A model generated the notes under the pieces. That model searched no databases, was not told the origin of the DNA, and was given only the letters and a program-made list of their open reading frames with translations. Shown in pieces: positions 28,556 through 36,402 of a stretch of 64,000 bases of DNA. Where the stretch lies: assembly GCA_039111535.1 (NCBI GenBank), contig JBCCIM010000001.1:25959-89958 (forward strand), in the 5' to 3' direction. Source of the DNA: Bacteroidota bacterium. Its GTDB lineage: Bacteria; Bacteroidota; Rhodothermia; Rhodothermales; JAHQVL01. The translations under genes and the position numbers were made by a program. Position 1 is the stretch's first letter; every line of letters begins with the position of its first letter.

Positions 28556-30334
28556 TTAGGGGGTGAAGACTATGGTTTGGCGGATTGTCTCATTACCGGC
28601 TTGGAATAAGGTAACGTAAACGCCGGCTGGTACTTTTATGCCGGCTGTGTTTCTTCCATCCCAGGCTAGCGTGTACCTGCCGGGGGCCTGGGCGCCTGTA
28701 TTGATACGCCGTACCTGTTGGCCCAGTTGATTATAGATTGCTACACTTACCACGGCTTCTTTTTCCAGCTGGTAGTCGAAGGTTGTTTGTGTACTGAAAG
28801 GATTGGGATAGAGCGCATTCAGGCTAAACGCAGTGGGCTGTGTTTCTTCCTCCACTGCCGTGGCTGTTGAAATGTTATCAAAAAGGAAAATGCGGTCAGC
28901 AAGTTCATCGATGGCGGTGATATCGAGGTCACCGTCGTTATCGCGGTCGTGCAGGATCGTACAGGAGGCTGCGGTTGTGGCCGGCAGCGTGAGCCGGTGG
29001 ATGTAAGCACCGTCGCCGGTATTTTCCAGTACCGTGTAGTCGTTGCTGGAGAAGTTGCTGGTAACCAGATCGAGATCACCATCGCCATCCAAATCTCCCA
29101 AATCTAGCGCCAACGGGAAAACGCCGGTTTCATAGTTTGCAGCCTCTTGCAGCGTCCCGTCTCCGTTACCAAGGACTACAGAAACTGTGGCATTGCCTGT
29201 ATTAGACGAAACCACATCGGCAAATCCGTCGCCATTCACGTCGCCGGCGGCCAGCATCCACGGGCGTGCCCCTACCGATACTTTTTCGGAAAACACGACA
29301 TTGCCCTGTCCGTCACCCAGGTACAAAAGCAGTTCATTGCCGGTGTAGGTGCCTATAAAAACATCCAGGATGCCATCGTTGTTTGCATCCGCCGAAGCGC
29401 AAGCCGTTTCGCCAGAACTTCCCGTTTCGATGTTAACTGGCGCAGTAAATGAGCCACTGCCGTTGTTGCGCAGCAGCGATATTGTGCCGGTACCCCGGAC
29501 GCCGCTTCTGTTGGTAGTCACAATATCCATCATCGTGTCGCCATCCAGGTCGAGGGTACAAAGGCCGCGTACTTCAGTGTCTGCTTGCGCATTTTGTTCG
29601 TGACTAACCGAGCCATTTGCCTGCCCCATCCACACACTAATTTTATCGCTTTGGGTGTTGCCAACAGCAAAGTCAATCATCCCATCGCGGTTGAAATCCG
29701 AACCCTCAATCGGGCTGGGGGTGTCGCCTTCCGGGATTGGATACACATCAAAATCACTGTAGCCGCCGGCGCCATCGTTTAGAAATATGCGTATGTCATT
29801 GACGTCTTCGTTGGGAATCATGAGGTCGCTGTACCCGTCCCGGTTCAGGTCGCCGGCATACGCACCGTATGAACGGACACGCCCTTCATTAGCAAAGCGA
29901 GTAGAGATATCGTCTATCTGAGAGAAATCAAAGCCAGCTGGCGCAGATCGGGTCCAAAAATTCCAGGTGTAGCCGTGGGCCATTGGTTCGCCAGCCATGC
30001 TCTGGATGCTGCGGGCCAGAGACACCGTTACCCATTCGCCGGCCATAAACGGTTTGTTCGGCACAAACCGAAGCACAGTATTATCGCTTTCCAGCGAGAT
30101 TGCCCCCTCCCGCACACCAGACCATCGCCCAAACACAAAAATGGCAGATGCATCAACCGAGATGGGGTCTACAGGGAGATCAAATGTAAGCATAAGCTCA
30201 GTAGTCGCGGCTGCTGTAACAGTTTGCGATGCCGGAAACAAAGAAGTAACAGTCGGGGCCTGTCCGAGTGCCAGCGGCGTGCACAGCATGACATAAATAG
30301 GAATCACCCAGCCCAGTGCATATTTTTTTCTCAT
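28556..30334 (-). CDS. FG-GAP/VCBS repeat protein with T9SS C-terminal sorting domain
   Basis: Signal peptide and an N-terminal Ig-like domain. Seven D-x-[DN]-x-DG-x-x-D loops (GDLNRDGYSD ... HDRDNDGDLD). C-terminal ALYPNPFSTQTTF..VAIYNQLGQQV..AGVY type-A CTD. Confidence 0.9.
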   Translation of the reverse strand: MRKKYALGWVIPIYVMLCTPLALGQAPTVTSLFPASQTVTAAATTELMLTFDLPVDPISVDASAIFVFGRWSGVREGAISLESDNTVLRFVPNKPFMAGEWVTVSLARSIQSMAGEPMAHGYTWNFWTRSAPAGFDFSQIDDISTRFANEGRVRSYGAYAGDLNRDGYSDLMIPNEDVNDIRIFLNDGAGGYSDFDVYPIPEGDTPSPIEGSDFNRDGMIDFAVGNTQSDKISVWMGQANGSVSHEQNAQADTEVRGLCTLDLDGDTMMDIVTTNRSGVRGTGTISLLRNNGSGSFTAPVNIETGSSGETACASADANNDGILDVFIGTYTGNELLLYLGDGQGNVVFSEKVSVGARPWMLAAGDVNGDGFADVVSSNTGNATVSVVLGNGDGTLQEAANYETGVFPLALDLGDLDGDGDLDLVTSNFSSNDYTVLENTGDGAYIHRLTLPATTAASCTILHDRDNDGDLDITAIDELADRIFLFDNISTATAVEEETQPTAFSLNALYPNPFSTQTTFDYQLEKEAVVSVAIYNQLGQQVRRINTGAQAPGRYTLAWDGRNTAGIKVPAGVYVTLFQAGNETIRQTIVFTP

Positions 30335-30465
30335 AATCCCGTTTGTTTTCGCTGGTTTGTTTTCGCTTTCTTTATTACCGGCAGCCAGGTCGCACTATCT
30401 ACACAACCACATCACAATACAGTTGAATAAAGACCTGCGATACCCTTTTAAATGAACGATACACC

Positions 30466-31599
30466 ATGAAATGGTTTCTAAGGGCAATTGCTTTTGCGCT
30501 TTTCCTCATTGTTGTACTCGCCATCCTGCTGCGCGTCCGCTACGGCGGTGGCGAATACTACCCCGATCTGAGTACTCCACCGCTTTGGGGTCCAGATTCT
30601 CTTGAGGTTGCTGCCACACTCGAACAACCGCCAGGTAACCTCGCGGTCTCTGCAGATAACCGGCTGTTTTTCAACTACCACCCCGAGTCCAAACCCGTCG
30701 GAGGTAGCACAGTGTTTGAATGGGTAGACGGCGCCCCGGTACCCTACCCGAGTCAGGATTTTCAATCGAACTTCATAGCCGTGCTTGGCATGTTCATCGA
30801 CCAGCAAAACCGGTTGTGGACCCTCGACACAGGTAACCAGGGTCTGGAGCCAGTCCGCCTGTTGGCGTTCGATCTGCACACCAACGCCGTCGTTCACGAC
30901 CACACCTTCCCCAAAGATATTGCGGAGTCGCTTTCTTTTATGAATGACTTGCAGGTCTCTTCAGATGGTCAAACAATTTACATTGCTGATGTGAGTTTCT
31001 GGCGACAAAATCCGGCCCTGGTGGTCTATGACATAGAAAGCAAGGAAGCCCGCCGGCTTCTCGAAGGCCACGAATCGGTAGTCGCGCAAGACTGGATTGT
31101 GCGCACTGATATCAAAGACATGGTGTTTGTTGGCGGCCTCGTTGCACTTAAGCCCGGCGTCGATGGCCTGGCTCTCAGCAAAGACGACGCGTGGTTGTAC
31201 TACGGCGCCATGACACACGACGGCCTGTACCGGGTACGCACTGCCGACTTGCTCGATCAAACCCTCGATGCAGCAACGTTGGGGAGCCGAGTGGAACGCG
31301 TGGGTACCAAGCCCCTCAACGATGGCCTTACCATTGACGTTGACAATAATGTGTACATCACAGCCGTTGAACACAATGGGGTCATTCGCATGAACCCCGA
31401 CGGCAACCTCGAGTCCCTGATTGACGACGATCGCGTACGTTGGGCTGACGGGATCAGTTATGGCGGGGATGGATACATATACTTTACCGACAGCGCAATC
31501 CCCGACCTGATGCTGCAATCCAGGGCACACATTGATGCGCGGGCGCCGTTTTACATCTATCGGTTCCGGGCTGATGTGGAAGGAGTGCCGGGAGGGTAG
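30466..31599 (+). CDS. MRJP/yellow-family beta-propeller protein
   Basis: N-terminal TM/signal segment. DQQNRLWTLDTG and DGLALSKDDAWLYYGAMTHDGLYRV match major royal jelly/yellow (PF03022-like) signatures. Confidence 0.65.
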   Translation: MKWFLRAIAFALFLIVVLAILLRVRYGGGEYYPDLSTPPLWGPDSLEVAATLEQPPGNLAVSADNRLFFNYHPESKPVGGSTVFEWVDGAPVPYPSQDFQSNFIAVLGMFIDQQNRLWTLDTGNQGLEPVRLLAFDLHTNAVVHDHTFPKDIAESLSFMNDLQVSSDGQTIYIADVSFWRQNPALVVYDIESKEARRLLEGHESVVAQDWIVRTDIKDMVFVGGLVALKPGVDGLALSKDDAWLYYGAMTHDGLYRVRTADLLDQTLDAATLGSRVERVGTKPLNDGLTIDVDNNVYITAVEHNGVIRMNPDGNLESLIDDDRVRWADGISYGGDGYIYFTDSAIPDLMLQSRAHIDARAPFYIYRFRADVEGVPGG

Positions 31600-31661
31600 A
31601 TGAATGCCGATTGTCGAATGCCGATTGTCGAGTGGTTGTTGGTTAACGCAGTACCATCTCC

Positions 31662-31694
31662 ACACGTCATGCCGGACTTGATCCGGTATCCAGA
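31662..31694 (+). repeat. REP-like hairpin element, intergenic copy
   Basis: ACACGTCATGCCGGACTTGATCCGGTATCCAGA (CCGGA/TCCGG stem). Identical over 33 nt to the in-CDS copies at 38362 and 40652. Confidence 0.9.
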
Positions 31695-31743
31695 TAGGAT
31701 TGCCGCGTTTCGAGTGGGTGAGGAATGGTACCATTCTTCGCCG

Positions 31744-31774
31744 ATGTCATCCTGAGCCGTGCGAAGGATCTCTG
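31744..31774 (+). repeat. GTCATCCTGAGC-family REP, copy A
   Basis: ATGTCATCCTGAGCCGTGCGAAGGATCTCTG, 31 nt identical to 31842-31872. Confidence 0.9.
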
Positions 31775-31841
31775 CGGGACTTGCAGGCCCTTGATTGCTG
31801 AATGCGGATTGGTGATTGCAGAATGTTGATCTGTTTCAACC

Positions 31842-31872
31842 ATGTCATCCTGAGCCGTGCGAAGGATCTCTG
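31842..31872 (+). repeat. GTCATCCTGAGC-family REP, copy B
   Basis: 31-nt direct repeat of 31744-31774, 98 nt downstream. Confidence 0.9.
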
Positions 31873-31989
31873 GCAGCATGGCACATGTATCCTGGGGAAG
31901 CGCGTCGAACAATTATACATCAACTAACTGCAACAACACGAATCGAAATCCCGAAAAAACGAGAGCACATAATCACGAGTACCTCGATC

Positions 31990-32571
31990 ATGAACAGAAT
32001 GAAAACTACTTCTTGTTTGGCACTGCTTGCTTTGTTGTTTATCGCCATCCCCGTGAGCGCGCAGGAGGTTGATTTTGATGTGCCGACTGAAATCAACATT
32101 ATCCAGGGCCGGCTTTCGGTAGTCTTTAATGAAGGCATCGGCGCGGCAGATGCAGAGGTGTTAATGAAGAGCCTGGGCTACCCCATCTTACAAAAACACT
32201 TTTATGAATGGACTTCGCGGGCACACGCAGACCAAATGCTTACCGAAGAAGAGGTGCGGGATATCAAAGCACAAGCCGGTGTGGTGAATGTATCCCAAAC
32301 GGCCCTCGACAATGTACATTCAACAAACGCACCCGACGATTCTGGCTCCCTCGGCTACCTGGTGATTGTTACTTTTGCAAGCCACATTACGCGCCAAGCA
32401 GCAGCCGATATCCTCGAGCCGTTTTCAGCATTCGATTTCACCGCTGTTGCCTCACCGCCAAACGAAGTGATTATCGAGGTGGGCGACAAAGATGATGTAG
32501 CCATGGCTGTGCTGCAAAACCAGGAGCAAGTGCGGTGGGTGACTTACGTGGGTATCGGAAGCGGCGGCTAA
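31990..32571 (+). CDS. Hypothetical secreted protein
   Basis: Start chosen at MNRMKTTSCLALLALLFIAIPVSAQE (signal peptide). The longer ORF from 31816 would read through REP repeats. No domain recognised. Confidence 0.65.
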   Translation: MNRMKTTSCLALLALLFIAIPVSAQEVDFDVPTEINIIQGRLSVVFNEGIGAADAEVLMKSLGYPILQKHFYEWTSRAHADQMLTEEEVRDIKAQAGVVNVSQTALDNVHSTNAPDDSGSLGYLVIVTFASHITRQAAADILEPFSAFDFTAVASPPNEVIIEVGDKDDVAMAVLQNQEQVRWVTYVGIGSGG

Positions 32572-32581
32572 ATATATTCAC

Positions 32582-35473
32582 CTAGACGCCGGCGCACTGA
32601 GTACGTAACTGTTGTACACCGGCAAGTTTCGGGTGTGAGGTGGACAGGTACCGATAGATGCTGGTTGCTTCATCAAGGAGCTTCAATGCCTCCGCACATT
32701 GCCTTTGCGTAACGCGCAATGTACCAATTCCGGTTAAGGTTCGGGCCAGCGTTGAATTTGTTGAGGCCAGCTTTTCGCGCTGTAGTTCGAGTGCAAGAAG
32801 ATACAACGAGTCGGCTGCGGGTGCGTCCCCTAATGCGTCCTGAATACTGGCATGTACAGCCCAGGCAGCCCCCCAACGTGGGTGCCCGGTATCAAGTCCT
32901 ATTTCATAGGCGTTTAGTGCTTTGTTAGAAAACGCAAGCGCTTCATCAGGCTGATTTCTCGCTAATAAAATACGCGCCTTCCAGCTGAAACTTGCGGCTG
33001 TTGAACGATGCTCGTTCCCGACCAGCTTCATCAACATTGCAGTCGCACGATCCGAATACGCAAGCGCCAATTCTGTTTTTCCTTGCTCGAGAAGCGCCTG
33101 ACCTAGATAATCCAGGTTAAGGGCAATATAGACGTGTTCTTCGCCAAGCGTTTTTCTATCGATTTCCATCACACTCCGATACATGCGCTCCGCCCCCGCA
33201 TAATCGCCGTATACCATACGCAGTCGGGCCATGTTGTACATGGTACTGCCTACACGGGAGTCCACCTCGCCAAAGATTACTTTTTGGATTTCCAAAGCCG
33301 TTGCAAACAACGAATCTGCCTCCAGATAGGCCCCCAGCGATTGTTTAGCAACCGCTTTGCGTACCATTACAGAAGCCGATTCGGCATGATTAAAACCATA
33401 ATTATGGATATAGACCTCTAGCGCCTCGCCAAAGAGCGAGTCAGCAATTTCATATTCAGCCTGATCGAGTTTTTGTGCGCCCAGATTGGCGAGACTGAGC
33501 GCAAAGTGTGGATGTTGCTCCCCGAGCGTAACGCGCCGACTTTCTAACACTTCGGTATACAGCGACTCAGCTAGTTGAACATTATCGGTGGCTGAGTACA
33601 TGGTGGCCAGGTTGTTCTGCAAAGTCAGTACGTCGGAATGATTCGGATCATCATATTCCTCATCATAAATGGCCAGGGCTTCATTGTAGTACGATATGGC
33701 AGTATCGTATGCTGCTCGGTCATTATGAAGGATCCCTAAACCAAGCGCGCTTTCTGCCACATCCAGATGTTTTGGTCCAAACAGCCGAACCCGCATATCG
33801 TAAGATCGGCGATACAAAGAATCAGCTTCGTCAAATTCCTCTGTAAGTCGCTTCAGCCAGGCAAGGTTGTACAAACTTGTGGCAATATCGGGATGATCAG
33901 GGCCATTCACTTCCTCGCGGACCTTTAACGCCTGAAACAGTAGCGAATCTGCTTTTTCAAAACTGCCTAATTCTCTATAAACCCTTCCCAAGGTGGCCAA
34001 CATTTCACCCTTTACCTCTGGTTGATCCTGCAGCTCCTCATTGATGCGCCCTACGCCCTGATCGAGTAATTCTCGAACCTGTATGGAATCACCTTGCGCC
34101 TGTAACATGGGGTTAGATGCTTCAAACAAGCTGATGGTGAACTCCTTTACACGGTCTGCTTTTGCCGCTTCGCTGGCAGCTTCTCTCGCCTGCCACAGGG
34201 TAGTAAACAAGCCGGCAAAAAGGCTCATTACCAACAGTGATGCCAACGCCACAGCACTCCGATGCCGGCGCACAAACTTACCTGCCCGGTACCCAAACGT
34301 ATCCGAACGGGCAAGCACGGGTAACCCTTCGAGGTGACGCCGAATATCTTCAAAAAATGCCTCCGCTGATGCATAGCGGCGATCGGGCTCTTTGCGCAGG
34401 GCCTTGAGCACAATCGTATCCAGGTCGCCGGCCAACCGCCGCTGCAAACGGTCTGGGTGTGTACTTCGCTGCTGACTCACAGTGACGGGGTCCGTGCCCG
34501 TCTTGTCCTGGACGGCTACAGAAGGCCGGCTTGGTGCTGATGCCGCGATTGCCTCGCTGATGTGTTTGGGTGACGCGTTATCCGCTACAAACGGCCGACG
34601 ACCAACAAGCAGTTCATACAAAACCACGCCCAGCGCATACACATCCGTGGCCGTGGTTACGGGTTCGCCGCTGAATTGCTCGGGTGCAGCGTATTCCGGC
34701 GTCATCGGGGTACTGCCCATCTGAGTTAACGTTTGCCCGGGTGTGGTATCGGGAGTGAGGAGTTTGGCGATCCCGAAGTCGAGCAGCTTGAGCTCGTCAG
34801 CCGAGGTTACAAGCATGTTGGACGGCTTGAGGTCGCGGTGTACCGTCAGATTTTGATGCGCGTACTGCACTGCCTTGCATACGTGCTGAAAAAGCTGGAG
34901 CCGGGCGTCGATATCGAGTGTATGCTCGTTGCAATACTTGATCAGTGACGTGCCGGCAACGTATTCCATAACGATGTAGGGCCGACCGGCTTCGTCTACG
35001 CCGCCATCAAGCAACCGGGAAATGTTGGGGTGCCGCAGCTGTGCAAGGATTTGCCGCTCACGCAAAAACCGCTCGCGCACCTGTGCCGTATCGATGCCCT
35101 GCTTCATGAGCTTGAGTGCTACCTGCTGCTCAAACTGCCCATCGGCCCGTTCAGCAAGGTAGACGACGCCCATGCCACCACGACCAATTTCTCGTATGAG
35201 TTGGTAAGAGCCAACCCGGGTGCCGGCTTCAGCTATGGAGCCCTGATGAGTTTCCTGCAACAGCACGGCGGCATTCGATCCGTCTATAACATCCAGATAA
35301 CTGGCAGCTTTTTCATGAGCCTCGCAGAGTGCTTCTACATGGGCACGCAAGTGGGGCTGCGTTTCACACGCGTTTTCCAAAAAGACAGCGCGTTCCACTC
35401 CAGACAAAGTGATGGCCTCGGCAAACAAGGCTTCGATTTGTTGCCAGTGCTGGCGTTCAAACTCGCTTTTCAT
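32582..35473 (-). CDS. Ser/Thr protein kinase with one TM helix and a large TPR array
   Basis: Hanks motifs GRGGMGVVY, VALK, HRDLKPSN, DFG and APE. TM helix AVALASLLVMSLFAGLFTTLW, followed by ~540 aa of TPR-like repeats. Confidence 0.93.
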   Translation of the reverse strand: MKSEFERQHWQQIEALFAEAITLSGVERAVFLENACETQPHLRAHVEALCEAHEKAASYLDVIDGSNAAVLLQETHQGSIAEAGTRVGSYQLIREIGRGGMGVVYLAERADGQFEQQVALKLMKQGIDTAQVRERFLRERQILAQLRHPNISRLLDGGVDEAGRPYIVMEYVAGTSLIKYCNEHTLDIDARLQLFQHVCKAVQYAHQNLTVHRDLKPSNMLVTSADELKLLDFGIAKLLTPDTTPGQTLTQMGSTPMTPEYAAPEQFSGEPVTTATDVYALGVVLYELLVGRRPFVADNASPKHISEAIAASAPSRPSVAVQDKTGTDPVTVSQQRSTHPDRLQRRLAGDLDTIVLKALRKEPDRRYASAEAFFEDIRRHLEGLPVLARSDTFGYRAGKFVRRHRSAVALASLLVMSLFAGLFTTLWQAREAASEAAKADRVKEFTISLFEASNPMLQAQGDSIQVRELLDQGVGRINEELQDQPEVKGEMLATLGRVYRELGSFEKADSLLFQALKVREEVNGPDHPDIATSLYNLAWLKRLTEEFDEADSLYRRSYDMRVRLFGPKHLDVAESALGLGILHNDRAAYDTAISYYNEALAIYDEEYDDPNHSDVLTLQNNLATMYSATDNVQLAESLYTEVLESRRVTLGEQHPHFALSLANLGAQKLDQAEYEIADSLFGEALEVYIHNYGFNHAESASVMVRKAVAKQSLGAYLEADSLFATALEIQKVIFGEVDSRVGSTMYNMARLRMVYGDYAGAERMYRSVMEIDRKTLGEEHVYIALNLDYLGQALLEQGKTELALAYSDRATAMLMKLVGNEHRSTAASFSWKARILLARNQPDEALAFSNKALNAYEIGLDTGHPRWGAAWAVHASIQDALGDAPAADSLYLLALELQREKLASTNSTLARTLTGIGTLRVTQRQCAEALKLLDEATSIYRYLSTSHPKLAGVQQLRTQCAGV

Positions 35474-35561
35474 AGACGTTATGTGAGATACCTGACAGTC
35501 GACACGTCTTAATCTGCGTTTTTAACAGAAAAAAACTGACAGACAGTAGATGGTACTTGAC

Positions 35562-36131
35562 TTACTGTTCTTCCAACTGGATAAACAACCACGCCTTAGC
35601 CAACTGCCAGTCGCGCAAAGCGGTACGCTCAGAAATTTCCAGCACCTGGGCGATTTCGTCCATTTTCAACCCACCAAAAAACCGGCACTCAACCACTTTC
35701 GCCTGACGCGGACTGCGGTCGGCTAACAATTGCAAGGCTTCATCAAGATCCACGAGATGAGAGGCAAATGCCTCTACCGCGATGTGTTGTTCATCCAGCG
35801 ACAACGCGCGTTCTTTGCCGCCCCGTTTGAGCCGGGTGCGACGGCGCGCGTGGTCTACCAGGATTTGCCGCATAGCCCGGGCAGCAGCACCGAAAAAATA
35901 CGCACGGCCTTTTGCAGTCACCTGGGTTTGATCCACCAGCTTCAGATAAGCTTCGTGTACCAGCGCGGTGGTGTTGAGCGTGTGGTGTTGGCGCTCCTGT
36001 AAGAGGTATTTATGCGCCATACCCCGCAGTTCGTCATACACCGCGCTAACCACGGCATCAGCGTTCACGCTTGCATCCACAGATACGCGATTGAGCAAGA
36101 CGGTCACAGCCTGGGAAGTCGTGCCGGCCAT
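35562..36131 (-). CDS. ECF sigma factor (PF07638/TIGR02999-like)
   Basis: Start chosen at MAGTTSQAVTVLL. HTLNTTALVHEAYLKLVDQ is the signature of this ECF type. Region 4 HTH is MDEIAQVLEISERTALRDWQLAKAWL. Confidence 0.9.
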   Translation of the reverse strand: MAGTTSQAVTVLLNRVSVDASVNADAVVSAVYDELRGMAHKYLLQERQHHTLNTTALVHEAYLKLVDQTQVTAKGRAYFFGAAARAMRQILVDHARRRTRLKRGGKERALSLDEQHIAVEAFASHLVDLDEALQLLADRSPRQAKVVECRFFGGLKMDEIAQVLEISERTALRDWQLAKAWLFIQLEEQ

Positions 36132-36402
36132 TTGTACAGGAGTGGGGTGAAGATAATAATGACAGCGCGCTGCCAAAACAGCATATGTAGTATAGCAACT
36201 TTTAAGGCCAATCTCGACCAAGTGACGCTACCCTCCATTTTCCTCACATCAGGTGGTGTTTAGAAAAAACTGACTGGGCATGGCAGTTTTTCTGAAGGAC
36301 TGTCGCAGGACAAAACACAGGCGCATCGTACAGCTCGTCAGCAGTGCATCTCAGCCTCGGTTACATGCGCCGGCTATTACGCTCACATAAACCCACAACA
36401 CC

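Noticed and set aside
30961-31734. 257-aa minus-strand ORF.
   Set aside because: It is antisense to the MRJP/yellow-like gene, and its 5' part runs through the intergenic REP cluster.
31816-31989. 5' extensions of track ORFs. Examples are 31816 for the secreted protein, 23534, 52395, 36221, 55442, 10149, 18638, 58669, 56693 and 25371/25174.
   Set aside because: Internal ATGs give canonical N-termini: signal peptides, lipoboxes, or conserved family starts such as MKFSASS for DnaN and MIIVDTS for VapC. The extensions overlap upstream genes, terminators or REP repeats.
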